DNA of 64,000 bases, taken from assembly GCA_963783305.1 (NCBI GenBank), contig CAWAMW010000007.1, positions 512,001-576,000 on the forward strand, given 5' to 3'. Positions 42,202 through 52,595 of this stretch are shown one piece after another. Position 1 is the first letter of the stretch. Each line of letters opens with the position of its first letter. This stretch comes from an uncultured Gemmatimonadales bacterium. Its GTDB lineage: Bacteria > Gemmatimonadota > Gemmatimonadetes > Longimicrobiales > RSA9. Made by a program: the position numbers and the translations under genes. The notes below the pieces were generated by a model. That model did not search any database. It saw only the letters and a list, made by a program, of their open reading frames with translations, and was not told the DNA's origin.

Positions 42202-43760
42202 ACGATCGCAAAACCGACGTGCTAGTGATCGGCTCGGGCATCGCGGGCCTCACGTTCGCGCTGAAGCTCGCCGATCACGCCCAGGTCACGGTGGTTACGA
42301 AGAAGCGGCGCGCGGACTCGAGCACGAACTACGCGCAGGGCGGGATCGCCGCGGTCATGAGCGGCACCGACAGTTTCGAGCTGCACGTGGAGGACACGCT
42401 GCGAGCGGGCGCGGGCCTCTGCGATGAGCGAGCGGTGCGGGAGCTCGTGGCGGAGGGGCCGGCGCGGGTGAGGGAGCTGATGGAGTGGGGCGCCAACTTC
42501 ACCACGCACCAGGGCGAGCTCTCGCTGGGGCGCGAGGGGGGGCACTCCCGGCGCCGTATCGTACACGCGCAGGACCTGACCGGCCGGGAGATCGAGCGCG
42601 CGCTTCTCCAGGCCGTGGAGGATCATCCCTCCATCGAGACATGCGAGGACCACCTGGCGGTCGACCTGCTCGTGGCCGGCGAACGGGACGAGAGGATCTG
42701 CGGAGGCGCGGTCATCTTCGATCACCGGAAGGGCGACATTACGGCCATCCGGGCGCGGAGGACGTTCCTTGCGAGCGGCGGCTTCGGGCGCGTCTACCGC
42801 CATACGACGAACCCCGACATCGCCACGGGCGACGGCGTGGCCATGGCGTTCCGGGCGGGGGCACCCGTAGCGAACCTCGAGTTCGTACAGTTCCACCCCA
42901 CCGCGCTGTATCCGGCGGAAGGGCAGGCCGTGCTCATCTCGGAGGCCGTGCGCGGAGAGGGGGCGATTCTCCGCACGATCGAGGGGCGGCCGGTGATGGA
43001 AGCGCATCCCATGGGCTCTCTGTCCACCCGTGACATCGTGGCGCAGGAAATCGATCGGGTGCTGAAGCAGACGGGCGCGGCGCACGTCCTCCTGGACCTG
43101 TCCGAGATCCCCGAAGATGTGATCCGCCGTCGCTTCCCCTACATCCTCGAGGCCTGCCTCCGGGAGGGCGTGGACGCGGTGAAGGAGCCGATCCCGGTGG
43201 TGCCCGCGGCTCATTACGCGTGCGGGGGCGTGCGGACGGACCGCGATGGCCGGACAGGGCTGCCCGGCCTCTACGCGGCGGGAGAGGTGGCGTGTACTGG
43301 CGTCCATGGGGCCAACCGTCTAGCATCCAACTCGCTCCTGGAGGCGGTCGTGTTCAGTCATCGGGCGGCGGGCGCGGTGAGGTCCGAGCTGGACGCCCCG
43401 CACATGGACATGGAGACTCCGACGCTGAACGCCCCCGGTGAAGCGGGATCGGAGTGGTCGGCGCTCCAGGAAGAGCTGCGATCGGTGATGTGGGATGACT
43501 GCGGCATCCTCCGCAGTGATGAGCGGCTGACCGAGGCCGCGGCCCGGCTCAAAGCGCTGCGGGAGCAGGCGAGCGAGCTGTGGCGGGACCGGCCCGTGCA
43601 TACCGACCTGGTGGAGACGCGCAACCTGTGCGACGTAGCCGCCCTGGTAGTGCGGAGCGCCCGCAGCCGGAAAGAGAGTCGAGGGCTCCATCACAACGTG
43701 GATCACCCCACAACCCAGGAACGATTCCGGACGGACACCGTTCTCCGACCGGACCGCTGA
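42198..43760 (+). CDS. nadB: L-aspartate oxidase
   Basis: [43 protein letters not shown]. Confidence 0.96.
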   Translation: MNDRKTDVLVIGSGIAGLTFALKLADHAQVTVVTKKRRADSSTNYAQGGIAAVMSGTDSFELHVEDTLRAGAGLCDERAVRELVAEGPARVRELMEWGANFTTHQGELSLGREGGHSRRRIVHAQDLTGREIERALLQAVEDHPSIETCEDHLAVDLLVAGERDERICGGAVIFDHRKGDITAIRARRTFLASGGFGRVYRHTTNPDIATGDGVAMAFRAGAPVANLEFVQFHPTALYPAEGQAVLISEAVRGEGAILRTIEGRPVMEAHPMGSLSTRDIVAQEIDRVLKQTGAAHVLLDLSEIPEDVIRRRFPYILEACLREGVDAVKEPIPVVPAAHYACGGVRTDRDGRTGLPGLYAAGEVACTGVHGANRLASNSLLEAVVFSHRAAGAVRSELDAPHMDMETPTLNAPGEAGSEWSALQEELRSVMWDDCGILRSDERLTEAAARLKALREQASELWRDRPVHTDLVETRNLCDVAALVVRSARSRKESRGLHHNVDHPTTQERFRTDTVLRPDR

Positions 43761-43767
43761 GCGAGTA

Positions 43768-45060
43768 ATGCGATCCGTCCCGAACATCATCAACCCTGAC
43801 AAGGACCCGGTCCTCAACGAGGAGAACCCGTTCGAGGCCATGATGGAGCGCTTCGACCGGGCCGCGGAGCTCCTCGACCTGGAGCCCGGGATCTACGCCG
43901 TTCTGCGCCACCCGGAGAAGCAGATCATCACCTCCGTGCCCGTCATGATGGACAACGGCGAGGTGGAGGTTTTCCAGGGGATCCGGGTCCTGTACAACAC
44001 GTCACGAGGCCCGGCGAAGGGAGGGATCCGCTTCGACGCGAACGTCACTCTGGACGAGGTAACGGCGCTGGCGGCGTGGATGACGTGGAAGTGCGCCGTG
44101 GTGGATATTCCGTTCGGCGGCGCAAAGGGGGGCGTGATCTGCGATCCCTACCGGTTGTCCATGGGCGAGCTGGAGCGTCTGACCCGGCGCTACACTGCGT
44201 CGATCCTGGACGTGATCGGTCCGGATTCCGACGTACCGGCCCCGGACGTGAATACCAACGAGCGAGTGATGGCGTGGATCATGGATACCTATTCCATGCA
44301 CAAGCGCCATACGGTGACGTCGGTGGTCACCGGGAAGCCGGTCCAGATGGGCGGCTCGCAGGGCCGGCGAGAAGCGACCGGACGCGGTGTGAAGATCGTG
44401 GTTCGGGAAGCGCTCCGTGAGCTCAGCCTCCCCCTCAACGGCACTACCGTAGCGGTGCAGGGGTTCGGCAATGTGGGCTCGGTCGCCGCGCAGCTCCTCG
44501 AGGGCGAGGGACTGACGGTGGTCGCGATCAGCGACAAGACCGGCGGGGTGTACAACCCGAACGGGATCTACATCAGCCAGGCGCTGGAGTGGATCCAGGA
44601 GAACAAGTTCCTCGAAGGGTTCCCGCACGGGGAAGCCATTACCAACGAGGAGCTGCTGGAGCTCGATGTGGATGTGCTTGTCCCCGCCGCGCTGGAGAAC
44701 GTCATCAACCAGCGCAACGCCCCGAGGATCAAGGCGAAGATCATCGCCGAGGGCGCGAACGGGCCCACGACGGCGCCGGCGGATGCAATCCTGGAGCAGA
44801 ACGGGGTATTCGTGATCCCGGACATCCTGGCGAACGCCGGGGGCGTCACGGTGAGCTATTTCGAGTGGGTCCAGAACCGGGAGGGATATTTCTGGAGCGA
44901 GGAGCTGGTGATCACGCGGCTGCGGGAGGTGATGATCCGATCGTTCCATCACGTTCTCGACTACGCCCGTGAGCACGAGGTAAATCTGCGCACCGCAGCC
45001 TACATGCTGGCCATTGACCGGGTCGCGGCGGTGCACCGGATGCGCGGCATCTACGCCTGA
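43768..45060 (+). CDS. gdhA: Glu/Leu/Phe/Val dehydrogenase (glutamate dehydrogenase)
   Basis: [35 protein letters not shown]. Confidence 0.93.
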   Translation: MRSVPNIINPDKDPVLNEENPFEAMMERFDRAAELLDLEPGIYAVLRHPEKQIITSVPVMMDNGEVEVFQGIRVLYNTSRGPAKGGIRFDANVTLDEVTALAAWMTWKCAVVDIPFGGAKGGVICDPYRLSMGELERLTRRYTASILDVIGPDSDVPAPDVNTNERVMAWIMDTYSMHKRHTVTSVVTGKPVQMGGSQGRREATGRGVKIVVREALRELSLPLNGTTVAVQGFGNVGSVAAQLLEGEGLTVVAISDKTGGVYNPNGIYISQALEWIQENKFLEGFPHGEAITNEELLELDVDVLVPAALENVINQRNAPRIKAKIIAEGANGPTTAPADAILEQNGVFVIPDILANAGGVTVSYFEWVQNREGYFWSEELVITRLREVMIRSFHHVLDYAREHEVNLRTAAYMLAIDRVAAVHRMRGIYA

Positions 45061-45066
45061 TCCGGC

Positions 45067-45537
45067 ATGAAGGTGAGCGTGGTGTCCGTGGGGAAGCCGA
45101 CCGGTATACTGGAGGGGCCCATCCGTGAGTTCGAGACTCGCGCCGGCCGCTACTGGAAGCTGGAGACCGTCGAGGTGAGCGCCGAGAAATCGTCGAAGAA
45201 CCGGCCAGTGAGTGATGTCATGGCCGCGGAGGCGGCGCGGCTGCGCGCGGCGGTTACCGGAGGCGCAGCGCTCATCGTGCTCACGAGGACGGGATCGACC
45301 TGGAGCTCCCGCGACCTTGCGCAGTACCTGAACCGACTCGCGGTCACCGGTGCGCCCGGGGCCACGTTCGTGATCGGTGGGGCGCACGGCCTCGATGACA
45401 GCCTGGTACGCGAAGCAGACCGACGGCTGTCGCTTTCGCCCATGACCATGCCCCACGACCTGGCTCGTCTTATCCTGGCCGAGCAGATCTACCGGGCCGG
45501 CACGATTGTGCGGGGTGAGCCGTACCACAAGGGATAA
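45067..45537 (+). CDS. rlmH: 23S rRNA m3Psi1915 methyltransferase
   Basis: FVIGGAHG, LSLSPMTMPH, EQIYRA, PYHK. Confidence 0.95.
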   Translation: MKVSVVSVGKPTGILEGPIREFETRAGRYWKLETVEVSAEKSSKNRPVSDVMAAEAARLRAAVTGGAALIVLTRTGSTWSSRDLAQYLNRLAVTGAPGATFVIGGAHGLDDSLVREADRRLSLSPMTMPHDLARLILAEQIYRAGTIVRGEPYHKG

Positions 45538-45544
45538 GGACGCC

Positions 45545-47173
45545 ATGAACCTGGAGATCCGAGTACGGTCGGTGGGCGGAAACCGACTGGTGGAGGACTA
45601 TGTCCGGGGCGACCCCGCTCTGGCCCCATTCTTCGCAGGCCACCCGTTCGACGCCGCCGCCTACCGGCGGAAGGCGGACGAGGTGCGAGGCCGGTTCGAC
45701 GCCACCGCGCTCTCGGTCATGGCCGAGGCCGTGCGCACCTCCGGGCCCGGGGCGGCGGAGAAACTCGACCGGATCGCGGCGGGCGAGGGATTTGTCGTCA
45801 CCACGGGGCAGCAACCCGGGCTCTTCGGTGGGCCCCTCTATACCGTTCACAAGGCTCTCACCGCCATCGCGCTGGCCCGGCGGCTCGAAGCGCTTCTGGA
45901 GGTCCCCGTCCTGCCCGTCTTCTGGGTGGCCTCCGATGATCACGACTGGGTGGAGGCCAATCACGTCCGAGTCCTGGATACGGACAACACGCTCCGGACG
46001 CTCGAGATGAAAGGGGAGAATGATCCGCCTCTTTCCATGGGGCGCCGGCCGCTGGCCGGAGCCGCAGAATCTGCTTTAGATGAGCTTGCCGAAACCCTTC
46101 CCCCGTCTGAGTTTACGCCACCTATCATGGAGCGCCTTCGGGAGGCGTATTCCGGGGGCACCGTGGCGGCGGCGTTCACCCGCACGCTCGAAGCGGTGCT
46201 GGGGGACCTGCCGCTGGGATTCGTGGACGCGCAGGCCCCGGCGCTCCGCCGCGCGGGACTGCCGGTGCTGAAGCGTGAGCTGGAATCGGCGGCGGCGCAC
46301 GAGGAGGCGCTGCGAGGTCAGACGGAGCGGCTGGAAGCGGCGGGATACTCGGCGCAGGTGCCGATCCTGCCGGGCGCCACCAACGTATTTCACGAGGACG
46401 ACGAGCACGGGCGGGAGCGACTGCTGCGGGAGGACGGGTCGTGGGTGCTGCGGGCATCGAAGCGAAAGCTGAGCCACGAGGAGCTCGAGCGGGATCTGGA
46501 GCGGTCGCCGGAGCGGTTCTCGGCAAACGTGGTGCTGCGCCCGGTGGTGGAGAGCGCGGTCTTCCCGACGCTGGCGTACGTGGGGGGACCCGGCGAAGTG
46601 CGGTACCTGGCGCAGACGGGGTGTCTGTTCGAGGCTCACGGCGTGGGCATGCCGCTGGTGTTCCCCCGACTCGCTGTGACGCTGGTGGAGGGGAAGGTCC
46701 GGAAGGTGCTGGACAAGTTCGGGCTGGACGAGGGCGACCTGGTGGGCCGTCCGATCCACGAGGTAATCGCGGGTGTGGTCCGGGACGACGTCCCGGAGGG
46801 CGTGCAGACGGCGCTGAGCGAGCTGCGGCATTCGCTCCAGCAGGGGTACCAGGCGGTGTATGACGCGTCGGAAGGGATCGACCCCACGTTGAAGGGCCCG
46901 ATCTTCGGCGCACGTAATGAAGGGTTCAAGGCCGTTTCGGAGGTTGAGAAGAAGATCCGGCAGCACGTGAAGCTGAGAGAAGAGACGGCGCTGGAGCAGA
47001 TCGGGAAGGTAGCCGCGAACCTGGCACCGGAGGGGAAACCGCAGGAGCGGGTGCTGAATGTGCATCAGTACCTGGCTCGGTACGGGAGCGACCTGGTCCC
47101 GTCGATCCTGGAACGGATGGAGATCGAGTTGGATGGGAGCGGTGAAGGCTGGGCGGGAGTGCGGTGTGATTGA
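45545..47173 (+). CDS. bshC: Bacillithiol biosynthesis cysteine-adding enzyme
   Basis: TTGQQPGLFGGPLY, FWVASDDHDW, SANVVLRP, YVGGPGE, PQERV. Confidence 0.92.
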   Translation: MNLEIRVRSVGGNRLVEDYVRGDPALAPFFAGHPFDAAAYRRKADEVRGRFDATALSVMAEAVRTSGPGAAEKLDRIAAGEGFVVTTGQQPGLFGGPLYTVHKALTAIALARRLEALLEVPVLPVFWVASDDHDWVEANHVRVLDTDNTLRTLEMKGENDPPLSMGRRPLAGAAESALDELAETLPPSEFTPPIMERLREAYSGGTVAAAFTRTLEAVLGDLPLGFVDAQAPALRRAGLPVLKRELESAAAHEEALRGQTERLEAAGYSAQVPILPGATNVFHEDDEHGRERLLREDGSWVLRASKRKLSHEELERDLERSPERFSANVVLRPVVESAVFPTLAYVGGPGEVRYLAQTGCLFEAHGVGMPLVFPRLAVTLVEGKVRKVLDKFGLDEGDLVGRPIHEVIAGVVRDDVPEGVQTALSELRHSLQQGYQAVYDASEGIDPTLKGPIFGARNEGFKAVSEVEKKIRQHVKLREETALEQIGKVAANLAPEGKPQERVLNVHQYLARYGSDLVPSILERMEIELDGSGEGWAGVRCD

Positions 47174-47191
47174 GGACGCGGAGGCGCTGGC

Positions 47192-47464
47192 ATGTGGGTT
47201 CTGATCATCTTTCTGGTGCTGTTGATCCCGCTGGCCGCGGTGGTGCTGGACTCGAGGCTGGGTCAGGCACTGGCGCGGCGAGTGGAGGGCGGGGCGCCGG
47301 ACAGCGCGCGAGTGCGAGCGCTGGAGGCGGAGGTGGAGCGACTCAGCGTGGACCTGGAGCGGATTTCGGAGCAGTCGGACTTCCTGACGCGGCTGCTGGA
47401 AGAGCGAACGAAGAGCGGTCCGGGCGGAGATCGATCGCTACCGGCGTCCGGCGAGGCTGAATGA
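47192..47464 (+). CDS. Small membrane-anchored coiled-coil protein
   Basis: N-terminal TM helix, heptad-rich region; GGAGG SD; stop overlaps murJ start. Confidence 0.75.
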   Translation: MWVLIIFLVLLIPLAAVVLDSRLGQALARRVEGGAPDSARVRALEAEVERLSVDLERISEQSDFLTRLLEERTKSGPGGDRSLPASGEAE

Positions 47465-49185
47465 GCGAAGCACCACCGCAGGAAGAGGAGAACCCGGGGT
47501 CCGAGGCGGGTCCTGAGTCGGTCGTGGAGTCGGCGGGAGAATCATCGAGTCGGTCTGCACAGTGGGTGGCGGCCGGCATCTTCCTGAGTCGGATCTCGGG
47601 GCTGGTCCGCGAGGCGTTCATCGGGAAGTACCTGGGCACGTCGTACGCGGCCGACTCGTTCCGTACGGCGCTCAGGATGCCGAACGTGCTCCAGAACCTG
47701 CTGGGCGAGGGCACGCTGAGCGCGTCGTTCATCCCGGTATACGCGGAGCTGCTGGAAGAGGGGCGCGAGGAAGAGGCGGGGCGGGTGGCGGGTGCGATCT
47801 TCGCACTCCTCTTCGCGCTGGCGGGAGCGCTGGCGCTCGTGGGGATCTTTGCCGCGCCCGTGCTGGTCTCGGTCTTCACGCCGGGTTTCGTGGGCGGCCC
47901 GCGGTACGATCTCACGGTGGGGCTGATCCGGATCATCTTCCCGATGGCGGGGGTCCTGGTGCTCTCGGCATGGGCGCTGGGTGTCCTGAACAGCCACCGC
48001 CGCTTCTTCGTCTCCTACGCGGCGCCGGTGGTGTGGAACGCCGCCATGATCGCGGCGCTCCTGCTCTTCGGCGCGCGGAGCGACCAGGAGTCGCTGGCGG
48101 TCGTCCTGTCGTGGGCGGCGCTGTTGGGAGGCGCGCTCCAGTTCCTGGTACAGCTCCCCTTCGTGCTGCGGCTGATCCCGTCGTTGAAGATCCGGTGGGA
48201 TCTGAAGCTGGCGGGTGTACGGACGGCGATGCGGAACGCGGGTCCGGCCATCGCGGGACGGGGTGTCGTGCAGCTGAGCGGCTACGTGGACATCTTCCTG
48301 GCCTCGATGCTGGCGGTGGGCGCGGTCGCCACGCTGACGTACGCGCAGCAGCTCTACATTCTGCCCATCAGCCTGTTCGGCATGTCGGTGGCGGCGGCGG
48401 AGCTTCCGGAACTGTCGCGGCGGCGTGGCGGGGGCACGGAGGTGCTGCGCACGCGCGTGGTCCGCGGGCTCGAACAGGTGGCGTTCTACGTGGTCCCGAC
48501 GATTCTTGGATTCCTGCTGGTGGGCGATGTGATCGTGGGGGCGCTGTACGAGCGGGGGGAGTTCAGCGTCACCGATACGGCGGTGACCTGGTACATCCTG
48601 GGCGGGTACAGCCTCGGGCTGCTGGCGTCCACGGGGACGCGGGTCTTCTCGTCTGCGTTCTTCGCGCTCCACGACACCCGTACCCCCGCGAAGGTCGCGG
48701 GGCTGCGCGTGCTGCTCTCGGCGGCGATCGGCGTGGTGCTGATGGTACAGTTCGGCGAGATGGCGTTTGCGGGCGCAAAGCTGGGGCCGCTGGTGATCCC
48801 GGAGTTCTCCGCCGGCCCCTACGGGTTCGGGATCTGGGATGTGGACCCCGTGGGCGGCAAGACGCTGGGGCCTGTGGGGCTGGCGCTGGCCGCGGCAGTG
48901 GCCGCGTGGGTGGAGTGGTGGATGCTGCAGCGGGCGCTGGCGCGCCGGATCGGATCGGTCCGACCGTCGCTGTCGGCGCTCAGCAAGATGTTCCTCGCGG
49001 CCGTTCCGGCGGCCGTGGCGGCGCGCGGAGTGGCGTGGCTGCTGCCGGAGATGAACAACATCCTGGAAGCGGCGCTGGTGGTCGGGACCTTCGGGCTCGT
49101 GTACGCGGTGCTGTCGCTATTGCTGGGGATCCAGGAGGCCCGGTCGATCCTGGGGCGGATCCGTCGGATCGCAAGGCTCGGCTGA
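47461..49185 (+). CDS. murJ: Lipid II flippase MurJ (MviN)
   Basis: SRISGLVRE, RMPNVLQNLLGEGTLSASFIP, LYERGEF, DTRTP. Confidence 0.95.
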   Translation: MSEAPPQEEENPGSEAGPESVVESAGESSSRSAQWVAAGIFLSRISGLVREAFIGKYLGTSYAADSFRTALRMPNVLQNLLGEGTLSASFIPVYAELLEEGREEEAGRVAGAIFALLFALAGALALVGIFAAPVLVSVFTPGFVGGPRYDLTVGLIRIIFPMAGVLVLSAWALGVLNSHRRFFVSYAAPVVWNAAMIAALLLFGARSDQESLAVVLSWAALLGGALQFLVQLPFVLRLIPSLKIRWDLKLAGVRTAMRNAGPAIAGRGVVQLSGYVDIFLASMLAVGAVATLTYAQQLYILPISLFGMSVAAAELPELSRRRGGGTEVLRTRVVRGLEQVAFYVVPTILGFLLVGDVIVGALYERGEFSVTDTAVTWYILGGYSLGLLASTGTRVFSSAFFALHDTRTPAKVAGLRVLLSAAIGVVLMVQFGEMAFAGAKLGPLVIPEFSAGPYGFGIWDVDPVGGKTLGPVGLALAAAVAAWVEWWMLQRALARRIGSVRPSLSALSKMFLAAVPAAVAARGVAWLLPEMNNILEAALVVGTFGLVYAVLSLLLGIQEARSILGRIRRIARLG

Positions 49186-49267
49186 CCCCGGTGGTCCGGG
49201 GGCCGGGGGAGGGGAACGCGGCGTCGTCGTGGGGTACAAGGTGCCGGACCCGAACCGTACGTTGGCC

Positions 49268-51100
49268 GTGACCGAGACACTCGACCGAAAGCTGAAGCAT
49301 CTCCCGACGAGCCCGGGCGTCTACATGTTCAAGGACGCTGCGGGGGAGATCCTCTACATCGGGAAGGCGAAGTCGCTCCGATCCCGCGTCCGCGGCCACT
49401 TCTCCCACGACTCGACGCATTCGGTCAAGCAGGTGGAGATGGTGCGGCGGGCGCGCGACGTGGACACGATCGTGGTGGGGAGCGAGGCGGAGGCGCTGCT
49501 CCTCGAGAACAATCTGATCAAGACCCACCAGCCGCGCTTCAACATCCGGTTGAAGGACGACAAGCGGTATCCCTACATCAAGGTGACGGTGACGGAGCCA
49601 TTCCCCCGTGTGTTCGTGACGCGGCGGGTGGAGAACGACGGGTCGAAGTACTTCGGCCCGTACACCGAAGTGGCGGCCATGCGGCAGGCGCTGGAGGTAG
49701 TGAAGCGGGCCTACACGGTGCGGAGCTGCCGCTACGACCTGCCGAACGAGGCGCCGTCGCGGCCGTGCCTCGATTTCCATATCGGCCGGTGCAAGGCGCC
49801 ATGCGTGGGGCTTCAGTCGGAGGCGGAATACGGGGAGATGGTGGGCGAGATCATGGCGGTGCTCGGTGGGGACGTGAGCGGGGTCCGTCGGCGGGTGAAG
49901 GAGGAGCTGGAGGCGCGGGTCGAGACGCTGGACTTCGAACGGGCGGCGACGCTCCGGGACACGCTCATCGGGCTGGACAGCATCGAGCGCCGGCAGCGGG
50001 CGCTCGATGTGCGCGGCGGAGACCAGGACGTGGTCGGGGTGGCGCGGGACGGTGATCACGCGAGTGGGGTTCTGCTCCGGATCCGGCGCGGCAAGCTGCT
50101 GGGCCGGGAAGTAGACCACTTCACCAACCTGGAGTCGGAGGACGAGGACGCGGTACTGGCGGCGGTGGCCACGCGCTTCTACATCGGCCGGGGCGAGCAG
50201 GGTCGGAGCGATCTCCCGAGTCAGGTGCTGCTACCGGGGGATTTCGAGGATCGGGAGACGCTGGAGGAGCTGCTGAACGAGGTTTCGGGCCGGAGGCTCA
50301 CGCTCCATATCCCGCAGCGGGGCGAGAAGCTGCGTCTGGTGGAGCTGGCGTCTCAGAACGCGCGACACCTCCTGGAAGAGCGCGCGGTTCTCGATGAGAG
50401 CGCCCGGAGCCGGGCGGACGACGTGCTGTACGAGCTGCAGGAGGCCATAGACCTCAAGGTGGTACCGCGGCTGATCGTCTGTTTCGACATCTCGCACACG
50501 CAGGGCACGGAGGTGGTGGGAAGCGCGGTGGTCTTCGAGAACGGGGAGCCGAAAAAGAGCGAGTACCGTCGCTTCCGGATCCGCGGGGAGTGGGGAAACG
50601 ACGACTACCGGTCGATGGCCGAGGTGGTGGGGCGGTATTTCCACCGGCGGATCGAGGAAGGGCTGCCGCTCCCGGAGCTCGTGGTGATCGACGGTGGCAA
50701 GGGTCAGCTGTCGGCGGCGGTGGCCACGCTCGAGGCGGCGGGCGCCCGAGACGTCCAGCTGTGCGCGCTGGCGAAGCGGGAGGAGGAGGTGTACCGGCCG
50801 GGGCGGCCCGAGCCGTATCGACTCACGCGCAACCACGGGGGGCTGCGGCTGCTCCAGCGGGTGCGGAACGAGGCGCATCGGTTCGCCCACGCCTACAATC
50901 GGAAGCTGCGGGGGAAACGCACCTTGTCGAGCGAGCTGTCGGAGATCCCGGGGGTCGGCCCGAAACGCCAGCAGGTCCTGTTGAGCCGGTTCGGGAGCGT
51001 ACGGGCGCTGCGCGAGGCGACGGCGGATGATCTGGCGGCGGTGCCCGGCTTCTCCGATACTCTGGCGCACACCATCCTCGAGCACCTGAACGACGAATGA
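49268..51100 (+). CDS. uvrC: Excinuclease ABC subunit C
   Basis: GIY-YIG (PGVY...LYIGKAK), Cys-rich motif, FDISH, IDGGKGQ, HhH; start approximate. Confidence 0.96.
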   Translation: MTETLDRKLKHLPTSPGVYMFKDAAGEILYIGKAKSLRSRVRGHFSHDSTHSVKQVEMVRRARDVDTIVVGSEAEALLLENNLIKTHQPRFNIRLKDDKRYPYIKVTVTEPFPRVFVTRRVENDGSKYFGPYTEVAAMRQALEVVKRAYTVRSCRYDLPNEAPSRPCLDFHIGRCKAPCVGLQSEAEYGEMVGEIMAVLGGDVSGVRRRVKEELEARVETLDFERAATLRDTLIGLDSIERRQRALDVRGGDQDVVGVARDGDHASGVLLRIRRGKLLGREVDHFTNLESEDEDAVLAAVATRFYIGRGEQGRSDLPSQVLLPGDFEDRETLEELLNEVSGRRLTLHIPQRGEKLRLVELASQNARHLLEERAVLDESARSRADDVLYELQEAIDLKVVPRLIVCFDISHTQGTEVVGSAVVFENGEPKKSEYRRFRIRGEWGNDDYRSMAEVVGRYFHRRIEEGLPLPELVVIDGGKGQLSAAVATLEAAGARDVQLCALAKREEEVYRPGRPEPYRLTRNHGGLRLLQRVRNEAHRFAHAYNRKLRGKRTLSSELSEIPGVGPKRQQVLLSRFGSVRALREATADDLAAVPGFSDTLAHTILEHLNDE

Positions 51101-52542
51101 CCCAGGTCCGCACACGCTTTGCCCCCAGTCCCACGGGCAGCCTGCACGTGGGGAACGCCCGTACGGCCGTGCTGAACTGGCTGATCGCGCGGCATCATGG
51201 CGGCGCGTTCATCCTCCGGATCGAGGACACCGACGCCGGTCGCAACGTGGCGGGCGCAGAGGGCCGCCTCATGGCGGACCTGCGGTGGCTCGGACTGGAG
51301 TGGGACGAGGGCCCGGACCCGGACGGTAGGAAGGAGCGGGGCGATCGGGGGCCGTACCGTCAGAGCGAGCGCGGCGCCATCTATGCCCGATACGCCCGGC
51401 GCCTGCTGGACGAGGGCGCGGCCTATCGGTGCTTCTGTGAGCCCGCCGCGCTCGAGGCCGAGCGAGAAAAGGCCATGGAGGAGGGGCGCGCTCCGGGATA
51501 CGCGGGCACGTGCAGGAGCCTCGATCCCGCGGCCGCGGCCGAGCGGGCGGAGCGCGGCGAGGAACACGTTCTCCGGTTGTCTACGCCGGAGCGCGGGGCA
51601 GTGGTGGTGAACGACCTGATCCGCGGCCCGGTGACCTTCGAAGCCAGCACGATCGGTGATTTCGTCCTGGTGCGCTCCGACGGCGTCCCGACCTACAACT
51701 TCGCCGTAGTGGTGGACGATGCCGAGATGGCGATCACGCACGTCATCCGCGGCTCGGGTCATCTGTCGAATACTCCGCACCAGCTGCTCCTCTACCGGGC
51801 CCTCGGGCTGGAGCCGCCTGCGTTCGCTCACACGCCCACGGTGCTGGGGGCGGACCGCTCCAAGCTGTCCAAGCGATCGGGGGCGAGGCCGCTGGAGGCG
51901 CTGGCGGACGAGGGGGTCCACCCGGACGCCGTGGTCAACTACCTTTCGCTGCTCGGCTGGTCCAGCCCGAGCGGGGAGGAGGTCCTCTCGGGGGAGCGCC
52001 TGGTCGAGGAGGTGACGCTGGAGCGTATGAACGCCGGCGACGTGGTGTTCGATCCGGAGAAGCTGCGCTGGCTGTCTGCGCAGCACATCGCGCGCATGGG
52101 CGAGGCGGAGCTCATGGAGGCGGTACGGCCGTACGTGGAGCGGTCGGCCCACAGGGAGCTTCTGGATGATCGGTTTCCCGCGATCCTGGCGGCGGTACGG
52201 AGCCACCTCTCGGCGTTCGGCGAGATCGCGGGTCAGCTCCGGCCTTTCGTGGGGCCGGAGAGTCAGCCCCGGGTGGACTCCGAGGCGCTGCCCGTCCTCC
52301 GAAAGGCACGAGAGCGGCTGGCGGCGCTGGACGAATGGAACGAGGCCGCGGCTACTGCGGCGCTGAAGGAAGCCGGCGCTGCGGTGGGCGTACGGGGCAG
52401 GGCGCTCTACGTGCCCGTCCGACAGGCGCTTACGGGCGCTGAGCACGGCCCGCCGCTGGGCGCGGTGCTGACGGTGCAGGGGCGGGAGCGGGCGCTCGAG
52501 CATCTGGACCGCACGCTCTCCGCGTCGACGGACGGCGTTTGA
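51097..52542 (+). CDS. gltX: Glutamate--tRNA ligase
   Basis: RFAPSPTGSLHVG, LRIEDTD, KLSKR, anticodon-binding helical domain. Confidence 0.95.
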   Translation: MTQVRTRFAPSPTGSLHVGNARTAVLNWLIARHHGGAFILRIEDTDAGRNVAGAEGRLMADLRWLGLEWDEGPDPDGRKERGDRGPYRQSERGAIYARYARRLLDEGAAYRCFCEPAALEAEREKAMEEGRAPGYAGTCRSLDPAAAAERAERGEEHVLRLSTPERGAVVVNDLIRGPVTFEASTIGDFVLVRSDGVPTYNFAVVVDDAEMAITHVIRGSGHLSNTPHQLLLYRALGLEPPAFAHTPTVLGADRSKLSKRSGARPLEALADEGVHPDAVVNYLSLLGWSSPSGEEVLSGERLVEEVTLERMNAGDVVFDPEKLRWLSAQHIARMGEAELMEAVRPYVERSAHRELLDDRFPAILAAVRSHLSAFGEIAGQLRPFVGPESQPRVDSEALPVLRKARERLAALDEWNEAAATAALKEAGAAVGVRGRALYVPVRQALTGAEHGPPLGAVLTVQGRERALEHLDRTLSASTDGV

Positions 52543-52568
52543 CCCCGAAACGAACGGCCACGTAGATT
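52539..52568 (+). promoter_or_regulatory. Possible larC promoter
   Basis: TTGACC, 18 bp, TAGATT. Confidence 0.5.
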
Positions 52569-52595
52569 GGCGCGTTTATGATGAGAACGGCCACC

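Noticed and set aside
49198..49234. G-quadruplex-like G runs and a possible SOS box upstream of uvrC
   Set aside because: G runs are common on this G-rich strand, and CGAACCGTACGTTGG does not fit GAAC-N4-GTTC spacing.
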